Source: the human T2T-CHM13v2.0 reference genome, Homo sapiens. Taken from it: a stretch of 64,000 nucleotides of DNA. This document shows, one piece after another, positions 21,215 through 39,326 of this stretch; within the stretch, counting starts at the first letter, position 1; the number at the start of each line of letters is the position of its first letter. The notes beneath the pieces were generated by a model, which worked only from the letters and a program-made list of their open reading frames with translations, made no database searches and had not been told where the DNA came from. Location: assembly GCF_009914755.1 (NCBI RefSeq), contig NC_060934.1. The stretch is one strand, 5' to 3'. Made by a program: the position numbers and the translations under genes.

Positions 21215-22420
21215 GGAATGAAGTTGGACCCCCTACCTCATGATATACATATATAAATCAACTCAAAATTGATCAAAGACCTAAATGAAAGAGCTAATAC
21301 TTTAAAACCCCTTGAGGAAAACATAGGGCAAAATCTTAGATTAATTTTAGATTAGGTAGTGGTTTCTTAGATATGACACCCAAAGCATGAGCTACCAAAG
21401 AAAAAATGAATAAATTGAACATCAACAAAATTAAAACTTTTGTGCTTCCTAAGATACCATCAAAAAAGTGAAAAGACATCCCACAGAATGGGAAAAAGTA
21501 TTTGTAAATTACATATCTGACAAGGGTCTGGTATCCAAATATATTTTTAAAAAAATTCTTATATCCCAACAACAAAAAGACAGCCCAATTAAAAAGCAGG
21601 CAAAGGATATGAATAGAAATTTCTCAAAAGAAGATAACACTAATGGCCAACAAGCCCATGTAAAGATGTTCAACAGCTTTAGTCATTAGGGAAAATCAAC
21701 TCAAAATCACAATGAGATCTCCTTTCACACCCACTAGAAAAGCTGTAATAAAAAAGATGGACCAAAAACAAGTATTGGTGAGATGTAGAGAAGTTAAATC
21801 CCTCATGCACATTGTTGATTAGAATGCAAAATGGTGCTTCCTCTTTAATAAATAGTTTGGTAGTTCCTCAAAAAGTTAAATTTGAGAGTTAGTATATGAC
21901 TCAGCAAGTCTACTCCTAGGTATATATCCAGAGAATTAAAACCATATTTTCATGCAAAAATGTATACACAAACGCACAGCAGCATTGCTTCCATCTCATA
22001 ATAGCCAAAAGGTGGAAACAATCCAAATGTCTACAAACTGATAATAGATAAACTAAATTTGGTATATCTGTACAATGTAATACAACACAGCTTTAACAAT
22101 GAATAAAGTACTGAGACATGCTACAATAAATGAATCTTGAAAATATTATGCTAAGTGAAAGAAGTCGGACACCAAAGGTGACAAATTATATAATTCCATT
22201 TATATGAAATATACAGAATAGGCAAATTTACACAAACAAAAAGCCAATTAGTGGTTGCCTAGGGGAGTGACTGCTGATGGCTATGGGGTTTCTTTTGAGA
22301 GTGATGAAAATGTTCTGGAATTCAGATAGGAGTGATGGTTGTACAACTATATGAATATACTAAAAACTAGTGGATGTTGTGGTATGTGACTTTCATCTCA
22401 ATAAAAAAATGTTAATAAAA
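21215..22420 (+). mobile_element. L1MB-like 3' portion
   Basis: ORF2 C-terminal homology (ORF 21468..21689) and 3'UTR ending ctcaataaaaaa. Confidence 0.8.
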
Positions 22421-22914
22421 CAATGAGGAATTTCCATGTGCACTAATTTGGAAAGATCTCCAGTATATACTGTTATATGTAAAAATTAAAGGACAAGGTA
22501 TATAGTGTTCTATCCTTTGTGTAAGAAGAGTGTAGAAATATATACACAGATACACATGTACATGTATATTCACATGAATACAAACATAACAAGAAAGGGG
22601 TAAAAATATATATTATGTGTGGACACAAACATATATGTATACACATATATACATGCAGGTAGGTAGATTGATATAAAACCTAATTTACTTGTCTGCATTA
22701 AAAAAATGAAAAAAATGCACATGTAAAAACTTTGTTCCCTATAATTCCCTAGAAGGGGAGGGTGGTGATGGAACAGGTATAGAAGTCAGAATTCACATTG
22801 TGTATGATTTATATTGTTTATATTGTATTAATTTTTCAAAATGTAAGTACATTGCCCAACCTATATGCACACACAGAAAAATAAAAATAAATCATCACAG
22901 TTTGCTATATAGTA

Positions 22915-23006
22915 TCTAGTAATAGCTGGCCCTGTTAGGTCAAGTGTACATGTCTTCTCCTTGCAGAGTATTTAAAGAATGACATCTCCATCTGAAAATG
23001 CCAACC
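22915..23006 (-). pseudogene. Decayed KRAB-B exon of the ZNF pseudogene
   Basis: acag|ggttggcattttcagatggagatgtcattctttaaatactctgcaaggagaagac aligns with ZNF248 KRAB-B acag|ggtattgcattactaaaccagaagtgatctttaagatcgagcaaggagaagag; donor GT appears lost. Confidence 0.65.
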
Positions 23007-23301
23007 CTGTATGTACATGCTAACATTTTAGGTCTTCAGATGTTTGACCAGCCAGAAGACAGTTTTCATTTTCTAATCAACAGCTTCCTTATTAAAGTGC
23101 AATATAATAACTGATAAAAACTGGAATGAAAAATTAACATTAACTACAGATTAAAGATTTTAAGAATCATGCCTTTTAAAGATTAATATATAATAAAAAA
23201 CCTAAAAAATGTACAATTTTAAAATAAGTATGTGAAAAAATAAAATAAATGTGTATCCAAAATTGGACCAGAGTTATTAGAAAACCAGAAAAACTATAAA
23301 C

Positions 23302-23573
<272 letters not shown>

Positions 23574-23871
23574 TCAGGTGCAAGGTTAGGATGCCAGCTT
23601 ACACTCAGTAAGACTCGTAAGAAGGGTGAGACAGGACAAGACGAACCTAATGGAGAATTAATTAAGGATGAATGGAAGAAAAAATACACACAGACATAGT
23701 AATACATGTAATGATAACTGTGGCATTATAATTCACTGGAGAAAAACGCTAATAACTAGGGTTGGTTGCAACTGGTGTTATGTGGAAAAAAGTAAAATTA
23801 GATTTGTCCTCATATTATCTACAATAATGAGTTCCAGATTGATTCAAGACTTAAATATTTTTCTAGTATTA

Positions 23872-24063
<192 letters not shown>

Positions 24064-24085
24064 TTAATTTGAAAATTTAAAAAAC

Positions 24086-24712
24086 TTTTATTTTAGGTTC
24101 AGGGGTACATGTACGGGTTTGTTATATAGGTAAGTTGCATGTCATGAAGATTTGGTTTACAGATTATTTTGTCACCCAGGTAATAAGCATAGTACTCCAT
24201 AGGTAGTTTTTTGACACTCACCCTCCTCTTATCCTCTACCCTCAAACAGTCCCCAGTGTCTATTGTTCCTTTCATTGTGTTCATGTGTACTCAATGTCTA
24301 GCTCCCTCTTATAAGTAAGAATATATAGTATTTGGTTTTCTGTTCCTGTGTTAGTTCACTCAGGATAATGGCCTCCAGCTCCACCTTTTGTTGCTGCAAA
24401 AGACATGATCTCATTCATTTTTATGGCTGCATAGTATTTCATGGTGTATATGTACAATATATTCTTTATCCAGTCTACTGTTGATTGATATTTAGGTTGA
24501 TTCCATGTCTTTGCTATTGTGAATAGTGCTGCAATGAACATATGTGTGCATGTGTCTTTATGGCAGAATGACTTATATTCCTTTGGGTATATACCCACTA
24601 ATGGGGTTGCTAGGTAGAATGGTAGTTCTGTTTTAAGTTCTTTGAGAAATCGCTAAACTGCTTTCCACAGTGGCTGAACTAATTTACATTCCCACCAGCA
24701 GTGTATAAACAT
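24086..24712 (-). mobile_element. Older L1PA 3' end
   Basis: ORF 24356..24598 [35 protein letters not shown] plus L1PA 3'UTR. Confidence 0.85.
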
Positions 24713-24715
24713 TAA

Positions 24716-25036
<321 letters not shown>

Positions 25037-25057
25037 TAAAAAAATATCATTATATTT

Positions 25058-25349
<292 letters not shown>

Positions 25350-26784
25350 TTATATTGAATTAAATAAGAACTTTAAGATTTTAAAAAATCAATTACAAAA
25401 AAATCAACAGATCAGCCTAGATAAAAATATTCTCATAAAGCCAAAGGCACTGTATAAATAAAATGCAAGAGAAAAACTTGGAGAGTTGGTAACAAATATA
25501 ATACACATAGAATTATTCTCCAAAATATATACAAGAGCCTTAAAAATAATATAGAAAAATGATTCAAAAATAGTAATTTGTTTACAAAAAACCCATAAAT
25601 ATAGGATATATAAGCTCATTAGTAATCTGAAAAATGCATATTAAAATGACAGGGTTTTCACAGAAGTTAGATTGGCAAGAAGTCTAAAGTCTGACAACAC
25701 CAAGTGTCAGCAAGGAAGCAGAGTGAGTGACAGTTTCATGTGCAGTACCACAGATGAAAGGAGGGAATTGTTCAAGCAGAGCTATGTTAAGGGCATGCAG
25801 ACCATTCAGCCTTCTTCTGGATACTCTGAATCTTATCTCTGGATGAAGCAAGACCACTGAAAAACTGTCCACTTGAACCTCAATGTTTTAATCTCCTGAA
25901 AGACTTCTCTTTGAATTCTCTTTTGCTGTCAGAAAGATCAGAGGATTTTTGATGAGAAAGATCAAAAATCTGCAGCTCAGCTTCGATAATCTGGGACATT
26001 ATAGGACCTGCATGTATTGAAAACTGACTTTGCTCAGTTACTGACCTGCTACTTTATAGTTTCCCTGATGTTGAGTTTTATCTATTTCTGTTTTTTCTAT
26101 TTTAATTTCTGTTCCCTTATAAATCTCACAAAGTCCATTGTAAAACAAAGTGGGAATAAACAACTCGCCTGGGATCTGTTCGTTTCTTGTTACTCATGGA
26201 GAATGGAAGAGAATTATAAAGGTAAAGCTGGGGAAGAAGGAAAGAGAATGAGATCCTGTGCAACCTGGCTGCCATGAAGCTTGCAGACTCACCTGCCTAG
26301 AAAACTTGCATGCAAGGTCCCTGGGGGGAATGTCCCTTTAACCCTAAGAACAGGAGAGACGCTGTGGAGGAACACCCACGTGTCCATGCTGACTCTGACA
26401 GGTCACCAAAAGTTTAGACATGCAATTTTTCATTAGATCACTGTAAATATTTCCTACTAATTCATAAAAAATGCATGTTCCCCTCCCATTGGCTAAAAGA
26501 AAAATTTAAAACAACAGAGAATCAATCAAGCAAATTACAATACAGAAAAGAAAAACTGCGCAGTCATTAAAACACTGGAAAAAAATGCCCTGGCTGTACT
26601 GTTTCTCAGCCTTCCTAATGATAGTACTTGTCCCTTCAGTTCGAAAATCCTCCTCAACATTTCCAGAAAACAGACGCAGGTGCTTTAGTTGTTTATTTTA
26701 ACTCAGTTGCAGTTTCTCAAAAGGATCTTTTAATTTTAAAAACTTGATGTGGCTTAATTGTTTAAGACTGGATGGCACTTAGAC

Positions 26785-27086
<302 letters not shown>

Positions 27087-28051
27087 TAATTAGTTATTTT
27101 CTGAGTATGCCACTAACAAATGAAATGATTAAATAAGTCACATTTTCTAGGCCCATTTTTTGACCTTTATACAACACTGTCACTTGATTTTTGTAACATC
27201 AGAATAGGAACAATGATGCATCTCCACAGGCTGCAAAGACAGTGAGTAGACAGGAAGGGAGCAGGCTTATGGAGGAGCACAGGGACAAGTTCCCCATCTA
27301 GGCGATGCCTTCCCCAGACTGTGTCCTCACAGTCCTCACAGTGGGCAGTGACGTGTCCTCTCCTGTGCTGCCTGCCCCTTGCTCATGCTGGCAGCCTAAT
27401 TCTTCCTGAAAGCCCATCCACTGGACAGTCTGCCATGGTTTCTGCATGTGCTGACATCACCAAGTGTTATTTAACTGTACAGGAGTGCCAAGAATGTCTT
27501 CAGTGAACAGGCAGTTCCAGACATGCTCTTTCCTGGCCTTTTCCACTCTGCTCTGAGGCTCTGCTGAAAGGTCTCAGATCAGAAGTGTGACCTTCCACGT
27601 GGGTTCTTAGGGACTACTCCTTATTACCTCAAAAGCTACTTTATTCCAAGGATGCTGGGACAAGGGGACAAAGTAAATTTAGTTGGAACCTTCAATCTGA
27701 CCTTCAGATAACACACTTTCCCTGAGAATCAAGGCCTGGGCCATCCATGAATTCAAACAAAGTCCCCCAAGGACAAATGCTGGACAAGGCTTACCTGGCT
27801 TAGAAACTTCAATCATACTGCCTGACCCTGGAGCTCAGAAGAAACATCAAGAATCCTGGAAACACACGGGCCAAGTTTCCTGTGAAGGCACATCAGTTCT
27901 CAATGCTGTGAATAACAATGTTGGGTTTTAGACATGGTGGATAATTAAAAAGAACAAGAAGACATGGAGAACAGAGTTCGAAAACTAGGTTCCTGCAGCT
28001 GCTGGTTACATGATCTTGGGTAAGTCACTTCACCTCTCTAAACTTGTTTCC

Positions 28052-28172
28052 TTTTTCTTTTTCTTTTTTTTTTTTTTTTTTTTGAGACAGGGTTTCTCTC
28101 TCTGTCACCCAGGCTGGAGTGCAGTGGCGTGATCTCGGCTCACTGTCGCCTTCGCCTCCCCGGCTCAAGCGA
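28052..28172 (-). repeat. Alu 3' fragment
   Basis: Tail plus part of right arm. Confidence 0.85.
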
Positions 28173-28376
28173 TATTTCAGAGTGCAGTCTACTACATTAA
28201 CTGTACCTGAGGGTGGTGGTTTGAATATGTATCTTGTTATAACATCAAACTTCAGTTCATAAACTGAGGATTTTCAAGAATACTTTTTCAATCTTGTAAC
28301 TAGCATTACTACTTAATTACTGAGTAGAAAACATAGTTATATATTATTAAAATGATTATTTGAATTATAATAGTGA

Positions 28377-28705
<329 letters not shown>

Positions 28706-29390
28706 GATATTAATAATGTGAATCTTAATATCAAGGATGGGTTATCAAATCATTGACGAAGTTTCCAAGTCCATAAAATAAGAGTATGGTTCATTCACAA
28801 GCACTAAAGCAATGGAGTTCATTCTTCTTTAATAGCTAAATAATTGTATAATGATAATAAACATTATTTATACTTTATTTTGTATATCAGCTTATAAATT
28901 CTGATTCATTACAATTTTATTTTAATTTAGAAGGAATCATATTATGTCATTCTGTGTTCCACTCCTAAAAGAAGATATAGTTACTAAGTTGTATTAGGCC
29001 AATGCACCCACTTCAACACCTAGAAAAAAACTAGACAAATAATAACAGTTGTATTTTTTGTATTTTCAAAGATGTCGGAGAGTGGTAGAAGTAATGAGGA
29101 TAACAGAAATTCAATTCTAGAGAGGAGGAGCCTTGCCTGGGCACCCTGAGGATTTCTAGCTTTTTCTTCACTAGGTCATTTACCATTTCTCCACATGGGC
29201 TGAACCTAGGCAGAGAGTATACTACTGAGTTGCCAGTGTAATTCAATAGGAAAAGATGATCTGTACAATAAATGATGCTGGTACAATTGAATATCTGAAT
29301 GCTAGTACTAATGAAAAGAAACTGGGGATAGCCATATTAATTTCAGATAGAGCAGAATTTAAAGCAGGTTATCAGAAATATATGATATAT

Positions 29391-29627
29391 ACTAAACCAA
29401 TCAGAAGCAGCCAACTAACTTACATAATTAGGGACTTTCCAATGGAATAGACCAAATAAGGAAACTGTACAACTGTAACCCATCAAATATTTTCTTTATT
29501 TCCACATTCACTCTGTAAAAACCTGTCCCTTATGCTTCTTTTGGTTTGGTGTTTCTTGATTTACAAATCGCTGTTCGCTCAAATAAACTCTCCAAAATTT
29601 TTCATCATGTCTGTTTTTCTTGTAAGA
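29391..29627 (+). mobile_element. 3' half of an ERV1-type LTR
   Basis: ccaatcagaagcagcc..., AATAAA at 29582-29587, LTR-like end followed by ggag. Confidence 0.55.
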
Positions 29628-30899
29628 GGAGTATATAAGGGATCACTGGGTCAATGTGCATGATGGAGCCATTCTCTGGGATAGGGAAATTATATAAAAT
29701 ATTCTAACGTAATAATACTCTTTTTGCATCATTCTAAAAAAAGTGTTGGGTGGTTACCTACACAATGTTAAGAATATTCACCAATAGCATATTATATATA
29801 TAGATACACACACATATGCATATGTGTGTATACATACATATGGTACAGTATTCAGATTCTTGCATTTGCAGGACAAATATGAATACATGCAGTACAAACA
29901 TGTACATATGAACATTTGTGTACAAGCATTTGAGTATCTGTTTTCATTTCTCTTGCGTATATTTCTAGGAGTAGAATTGTTGAGCAAGATAGTAAAGTTA
30001 TGTTTAACACTTTCAATCTGAACAATATTGCACTGTGTGAACATACTACAATTTGTTTATCCATTCATCCATCAGGGGACACATGGGTTGCTTTCACTTT
30101 TTGGCTTTTGTGAATAATGCTGCCATAAACATGGGTGTGAAAATATCTTTCAGACTCTGCTTTCAATTATTTTGGATATATACTCAGAAGTGGAATTGCT
30201 GGATCATATAGTAATTCTAATTTTATGAGCAACTGCCATAATAGCTGCACCATTTTCCATAGCAGCTGTACCATTTTACATTCCTATCAACAATGCACAA
30301 GAGTTTCAACTTCTCCACATCCTCAACTACACTTGATATTTTTTCTTTCCATCTCCTTTCTTTCTCCCTCCCTTCCTTCTTTTGATAGTAGCCATTCCAT
30401 TGAGGATTAGGTGGTATCTCATTGTGGTTTTAATTTGCATTTCCTTAATAACTAGTGATGTTGACTATCTTTTCATATGCTTATGGGCCATCTGAATATC
30501 TTTTTTTTTAATGTCTACTCAAGTCCTTGGCCCATTTTTTAATCAATTTGTTCATTTTGTTGTTGTTGAGTTTTAGGAGTTATCTATATATTCTGAATAT
30601 TAATCTCTTATCAAATATGTGTTTTGCAAACATTTTTTCCCATTTTGTGTGTTGCCTTTTCATTCTGTTGATAGTGTCCTTTAAAAAACATAAAAGCGTT
30701 ATAAATTTTGATAAAGTAAAATTTGTCTATTTTTTCTTTTGTGGCTTGTGCTTTTGGTGTCATATCCAAGAAATCATTACCAAATCCAATGTCATTAAGC
30801 TTTCCCCCTGTGTTTTCCTCTAGGAGCTTTACAATCTTAACTCTTACATGTAGGCCTTTAATCCATGTTGAGTTACTTTGAGAACATGGTGTTAGGTAA

Positions 30900-31346
<447 letters not shown>

Positions 31347-32195
31347 TAAAATTATTTTGACTATCGGGGGTCCCTTTGGATTCCATAGAAGTTTTTGGAT
31401 ATATTTTTCTACTACTGCAAAAACATCTTTGGTATTTTGATAGAGATTGCATTGAACCTGTAGATTGCTTTGGGTAGTGCTATATAGTATCTTAACAATA
31501 TTAAGTCTTCCTATCAATGTACATGAATGGATTTACACATCTCCATTTACTCTTTAATGCATTTCAGCAACATTTTGTAGTTTTCAGTGTACAAGTCTTT
31601 TGCCTCCTTGATGTAGCTTTTTTGATGCTGAAATTGTTTTCTGAATTTCCTTTTAGGATTTTTTATTGTTAGTATATACAAACACAACTGATTTTTGTGT
31701 GTTGATTTTGTATTCTGCTCCTTTGCTGAGTCCATTTATTCTAACCATTTTTAGTGGATGGACTCTTTAGGGTTTTCTACATATAAAATCATATAAGAAC
31801 AAAAAAAATTACTTCTGTCCAATCTGTATGCCTTTTATTTATTTTTTATTGCCTAATTGCTCAGGCTAGAACTTCCATATTATGCTGAATATAAACTTTC
31901 AGTCTTTTACCCGAGTACGACATTAGCTGTATATTTTTAATATATGGTTTTTATTACATTGACGTAGTTTCCTTCTATTTCTTACACATGTTGATTTATC
32001 ACATGTGCATAGCTCATTATGAAAGAGTGTTGAAATATGTCAAATGGTTTCTCTTCATCAATTGACATCATGTTTTCATGTTTTTCCCTCCATTCTATTA
32101 ATGTGATGTATTACATTAGGTGGCTTTCATATGTTGAGTCATCCTTGTATTACAGAAATAAACAGAAAAAAATCCTGCTTGGTCATGATATATAA

Positions 32196-32549
<354 letters not shown>

Positions 32550-33233
32550 TACACAATCTTTTCAACATGTTCCTGAACTCAGTTTGGTAGCATTTGTTGA
32601 AGATTGTTGCATTAGGGTTCATAAGGGATATTACTGTGCAGTTTCATTTTCATGTAGTATCTTTGTATGGCTGTGATATCAAAGTAATACTAACCTCACA
32701 GAACAAATTTGGAAGTGTTCCCTTCATTTTAATTTTTTGGAAGAGCCTAAAAAAGACTAATGTTAGTCGGTCTTTAAATGTTTGGTAGAATTCACCAAGG
32801 AAGGCATCACGTCTGGGGCATTTCTTTGTCAAGAGTTTTTTTTTCATTACTGATGCAGTCTCCTTATTAATTATGTACCTACATAATTTTCTATTTCTTC
32901 ATGAGTCAGTATTGACTTATGTCAATGATATTGTGTTCCTAGATATTGAGCCATTTCATCTATGTTATCCAATTTGTTGTAGTAAGTTGTTCTTAGTACT
33001 TTCTTGTATTTTATTTCTGTAGAATCAGTATTTATATCCCTGTCTTCATTTCTGATTTTAGTAGTTTGAGTCATTTTCTTAGTCTAGTTAGCTAAGGGTT
33101 TGTCAATTTTGTTGTTGATCTTTTCAAACAACCAATTCTTGGTTTAGTTGATTTTCTCTATTGTTTTTCTATTCTTTGTTATCTCTGCCCTACTCTTTAT
33201 TTCCTTCCTTCTGATACATTTGAGCTTAGTTCT

Positions 33234-33540
33234 TTTTATTTATTGTTTATTTATTTTTGAGACGGAGTCTAGTTCTGTCACTGAGACTGGAGTGCAGTGG
33301 CATGATCTTGGCTCACTACAGCCTCCACCTCCCAGGTTCAAGTGATTCTCCCACTGCAGGCTCCTAAGCAGCTGAGATTACAGGCACCCGCCACCATGCC
33401 TGGCTAATTTTTGTATTTTTAGTAGAGACAGGGTTTCACCATTTTGGCCAGGCTGGTCTTGAACTCCTGACTTGAAGTGATTCACCAGTCTTGGCCTCCC
33501 AAAGTGCTGGAATTACAGGCATAAGCCACTGCTCCCAGCC
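33234..33540 (-). repeat. AluSx/Sz
   Basis: Full dimer. Confidence 0.9.
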
Positions 33541-35515
33541 TTCAGTTAGCTCTTTTTCTGGGTCCTTAAGATGTAATGTTAGATAACTGATTTGAGATTT
33601 TTCTTCTTTTTAAAGGTAAGCACCTATAGCTATAAATATCCCCTTTAGCACAACTTTTGCTGCATCCCATAAGTTTCTGTATGTTTTGTTTCTGTTTTCA
33701 GTCATCTCTAAGTATTTTTCAATTTCCCTTGTGATTTTTTTCTTTTACTTATGGGTTGTTTAAAGGTATATTATTTAAATTATTTCCACAAATTTATAAA
33801 TTTTCCAGTTTTCCTTTTATTATTATTTTCTAACTTCATACTGTTGTGGTCGTAGAATATACTTTGTATAATATCTATCTTTTAAAATCTATTGAGACTT
33901 AATTTGTGACCTAACATATGGTTTACCCTGGAGAATAACTAACGTGCATTTGAGAAGAATAGGTATTCTGTAGTAGTTGTTGTTGGATATAGTGTTGTGT
34001 ACTACTTGATCCTAAAAGGGAGTATTGAAGCAAATTTTTAAATGCAGACCAGGTCTGGATAATCCCAGAGCAGACAAAGCCAGTTAGGCCCTAAAAATAA
34101 CCTTAACCTTGATTGAACTGCAAACATAATTTAACTTAGATGTCTGTTAAATCAAGTTGGCTTATTGTGTTTTTAAGTCCTGTGTTTCCTTACCTTCTGT
34201 CTGGTTGTTCTATCCATTATTGGAACGACATATTGAAGTTTCCAACTATTATAGTAGAACTGTCTATTTTACCCTTTAGTTCTGTCAATTTTCACTTCAT
34301 TTATTTTGATGTTATCTTATTAGGTGCATAAATGTTCATTATTGCTATATCTTCTTGCTGTATTGAATTTTATTAACATACAATATCCTTCTTTATCTCT
34401 TGTGACCTTTTTGATTTAAGGCCTATTTTGTCTGATGTTAACATACAGTTGACCCATGAACAACATGGGTTTAAACTGCATGGGTCTGTTATATATGGAG
34501 TTTTTCCAACATATTGGAAAAGTTTTTGGAGATATGTGACAATTTGAAAAAAACTTGCAGATAAACCATGTGGCCTAGAAATACTGAAAAAATTAAGCAA
34601 AAGAGGTATGAAATAAATGTATAAAATATCTGAAGATACTAGTCTATTTTATCATTTACTATCTAGAAATACACAAATTTCCTATAAAAAGCTAAAATTT
34701 ATTAAAACATACACAAATAAAGACTGTACATGGTACCATTAGCTGTCAAGAGAAATGTTAACAGACGTGAAGAGGTAGTATTCAATCATAATGGCATAAA
34801 ATTACCTGTAGTATATACTATACTACTATAATAATTTCAGAGCCAAGTCCTGTTGCTATTGTGGTGAGCTGAAGTATCCGCTTAAAATATCATGTAAAGC
34901 TAATCATCTTTGTGTGAGCAGTTCATTTCTCCAGTAAACTGCATATGACAGTAAAAGTAACCTCTTACAGTTTTCACATATTTTTCATCATTTTTAGTGC
35001 ATTTCCATAAACACTGAATAACACTATTGGACCCATATGAAGTACCACTAGTGATGCTGCAAGTGCTCCCAAGAAGCAGAGAAAAGTCATGATATTACAA
35101 GAAAAAGATGGATTGCTTAATATGTACTTTAGATTGAGGTGTGCAGCTGTGGTTACCCACTGTTTCAAGATAATTGAATCCAGTGTAAGAACCACTGTAG
35201 AAAAAGAAAATTTATGAAGCTGTCACTGCAGCTGTGCCACAGGTGCAAAAACTTTGCACTTTTAGCAAAATACCTTGTAATCTCATATTGAAAATGCAGT
35301 TTTTATGTGGCTGCAGGATTGCCATAAGGCACACCTACAGACTCTAATGCAATCTGAGAAATAGTGAAGTTATATGACAACTTAGAGCAAAAAAATAAAT
35401 AAATAAATAAAATAAAAAATAAAAAAAACCATGAAGGATTTAAAGCTAGACAATTTAAAGCCAGCAAAGAACGGCTTGATAGTTTTAGAAAGATGTTTGG
35501 CTTTAGAAATTTCTA

Positions 35516-35815
35516 GGCCAGGCGCAGTGGCTCGTGCCTGTAATCCCAGCACTTTGGGAGGCAGAAGTGGACAGACTGCTTGAGCCCAAGAGTTCAAGAC
35601 CAGTCTGGGCAACATGGCAAAACCCTGTCTCTACAAAAAAAAAAATATATATATATATATTAGTCAGGTGTGGTGGCATGCCCCTGTAGTCCTAGCTGCT
35701 TGGGAAGCTGAGGTGGGAGGATTGTTTGAGCCAGGGAGGTCAAGGCTGCAAGTAAGCTGTGATCATGCCACTGTACTCCAGCCTGGCTGACAGTGAGATG
35801 TTGTGTCAAAAAAAG
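35516..35815 (+). repeat. AluJ inside Tigger2
   Basis: Full dimer, (TA)n in the linker. Confidence 0.88.
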
Positions 35816-35915
35816 TAAACAATAAAAATTAAAAAGTCACAATAACAGAAGAATCTGCTTCTGCTAACCAAGACGCAGCAGACAAGTTCCCAGATGCCAT
35901 TAAGAAAATCACTGA

Positions 35916-36206
35916 GGGTTTGGCGCAGTGGCTTACATCTGTAATCCCAGCACTTTGGGAAGTCAAGGCAGGCAGATTGCTTGAGCCCAGGAGTTCGAGA
36001 CCAGCCTGGGCAACATGGCAAAACTCCATCTCTACTAAAAAATACAAAAATTAGCCGGTCATGGTGGCACATGCCTCTAGTCCCAGCTACTCGGGAGGCT
36101 GGGGTGAGAGGATCGATTGATCCCAGGAGGTCAAGTCTGCAGTGAGCCATGACCGCTCCACTGCACTCCAGCCTGGGTGACAGAGCAAGACCCTGTCTCA
36201 AAAAAA
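35916..36206 (+). repeat. AluJb inside Tigger2
   Basis: Full dimer, TSD aagaaaatca(c/t)tgag. Confidence 0.88.
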
Positions 36207-38877
36207 GGAAGAAAGAAAATCATTGAGGAGGAAGGATATCTGCTTGAACAGGTCTTTAATGTAGACAAAAGTGTCTTTGGGAAAAAAAAAAGTGCCACAA
36301 AGGACATTTGTTACTAAGGAAGAGAAATGGACACCAAGATTAAAGGCAGGAAGGGAAAGGCTAACTCTACTTTAGTACAAATGCAGCTGGGTTTATGATT
36401 AGGTCTGCCTTTATCTATAAAACTGCTAACACCCAGCCTTGAAGAGAAAAGATAAACATCAGCTTCCAGTCTTTTGGTTGCACAATACAAAGGCCTGGAC
36501 AGTGAGAACCATTTTTCTGGATAGGTTTCACCATGCTTTGTCCCTGAAGTCAGGACATACCTTTCTAGTAAGGGGCTGCCTTTTGAAGCTCCTTTGATAT
36601 TGAGCATGCCCCCGGCCACCCAGAACCCCAGCAGTTCAACATCAAAGACATCAAAGTGGTCTATGTGCCCCCAGACAGTGTCTCTAATTCGGCCTCTAGA
36701 TGAGGAGGGCATAAGGAACTTTAAGGTTCATTACAATGGTACTCCATGGAAGGATGGTTAATGCTATGGAAGAGAACCCTGATAGAACACCATGAAAGAC
36801 TGGAAGGATGACACCACTGGCACTGAAGATGGCGTGACTGTTACAGAAAAAGCCATAGAAGCCATTGACCCCAAAACAATAAATTCCTTCTGGAGAAAAC
36901 TATATCCGGATGTTGTATATGACTTCACAGAATTTATGACAGAGCCAATCAAGGAAATCATAAAAGAGATCGTGGATATGGCAAAAAGAAAAAAAAAAAA
37001 AAAGGTGGTGGAAGCAGGAGAGTAAAGATTTCAATACATGGATCTTGGAGAAATTCAAGATCTCATAGACTTCACAACAGAGGAATTAACAGATGACTTG
37101 ACAGAGATGAGCACTTCCAAAGCCCGACCATGAGGCGTAAGACGTAGAAGAACGTACAAGAAACAATGTCGTAAAACAAACTGCCATTAGACAGTCTGGC
37201 AGAAGGTTTCCAATTATTTGAGACTGCTTTTAACTTCTTTTATGACATGGACCCTTTTATAATACAGGTGCTGAAATCAAAACAAACAATAGGACTGTTA
37301 CTGTACAGATACCTTTTTAGAAAAGCAAAAAGCATCAGACAGAAATTATGATGTAGTTCTGGAAAGTTATACCACGTGTGTTTGCCTCTCCTGCCTCCCT
37401 TCCATCTCCTCCACTTCTGCCTCTGCCACCCCTGAGAAAGCAAGACTGACTCCTCCTCTCCCTCCTCCTCATCAGCCTATTCAATGTGATGACAATGAGG
37501 ATGAAGACCTTAATGATGATCCACTTCCACTTAATGAATAAACATTTTTATCTTCCTTACGATTTTTTTTTCTTTACCTTACTTTATTCTAAGAATATAG
37601 TATATAATACATATACATAATACATGTTAATCAGCTGTTTATGTTATTGGTAAGTCTTCTGGTCAATAGTATGCCACTAGTAGTTACATTTTGGGGGAGG
37701 CCAAAGTTATGTGCGTGTGCATGTGTTTGTGTGTGTTTCTGTGTTGGGGGTCAGTGCCCCTAACCCACCACCAATTGTTCAAGGATCAACTGCACTCACT
37801 CCTGCTCTTTTTACAACTTGCATGGGATATCTCTTTTCATTCTTTCACTTTTAACCCGTTAGTGTCTTCGGACACAGATTAGAACCTGAGTCTCTTGTAG
37901 ACAGTACTGTTCAATCACATTTGGTTTTATTTAATCCATTCTGATTTTGATTGAAGAATTTAAGCCATTTACATTTAAAGTAATAACCAAAAATGAAGGA
38001 TCTACATCTATCATTGCGCTTTTGTTTTCTATGTCTTACAGCATTTTTGTCCCTCATTTCCTGAATTACAGCTCTTTTCTTTTTAGTAGATTTTTGCTAG
38101 TAAAATCTTTTAATTCCCTTCTCATTTCTTTTTATGTGTGTTCTCTACAGCTGTTTTGTTACATTTAACATCCTAAAGTCATAACACTATAAATTAAATT
38201 TATACTAGCTTAACCTCAATAACATACAAAAAACTCCGCTCCTACACAGCACTGTCCCCACCACTTTTTAAGTTATTGATGTCAAAAAATGACTTCTTTA
38301 TACATTGTGTCCAGAGACACAAAACATTTTTACGCATTAGTCTCTTAAATCATGTAAAAATCAAAAAGTGGAATTACTAACCAAAGTTACAGTAATACAT
38401 CTTTGTATTATAACTCCCTGTGCATTTACCTTTATCAGATATCTTCATTTCTTTTATGGCATTAGTTTCTGTCTAGTGTCCTTTCATTTCAACCTAAAGG
38501 ACTCTTTTCAGCTTTCTTGCAGGGCAGGTCTACTGCTATCAGACTCCCTCAGCTTTTGTTTATCCAGGAATGTCTTAATTTCAGCCTCACTTTTGACAGA
38601 AAATTTTACCAAATACAGGATTGTTTGCTGACAGATTTGTTTTTCCCTTCAGCATTTTGAACATTTCAACCCACTGCCTTCTGGCCTCCAAGATCTGATA
38701 AGAAATCTGCTAATAACTTTATTGAGAATGGCTTGTATGTATGTATGTTATGTATAAGCTGCTTCTTTCTTGCTGCTCTAAAACTTTGTCTTTGGCCTTT
38801 GACAGTTTGATTATAATGTGCCTCAGTGTGGGCCTCTTTGATTTTATCTTACTTGAAGTTTATTGTGTTTCTTCTAG

Positions 38878-39326
<449 letters not shown>

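Larger units (their letters stand above)
34446..37792 (+). mobile_element. Near full-length Tigger2 DNA transposon with two nested Alus
   Basis: Terminal inverted repeats (TIRs) cagttgacccatgaacaa and ttgttcaaggatcaactg; TA on the left; decayed pogo transposase (e.g. IDPKTINSFWRKLYPDVVYDFTEF); ~2.75 kb after removing the Alus. Confidence 0.85.
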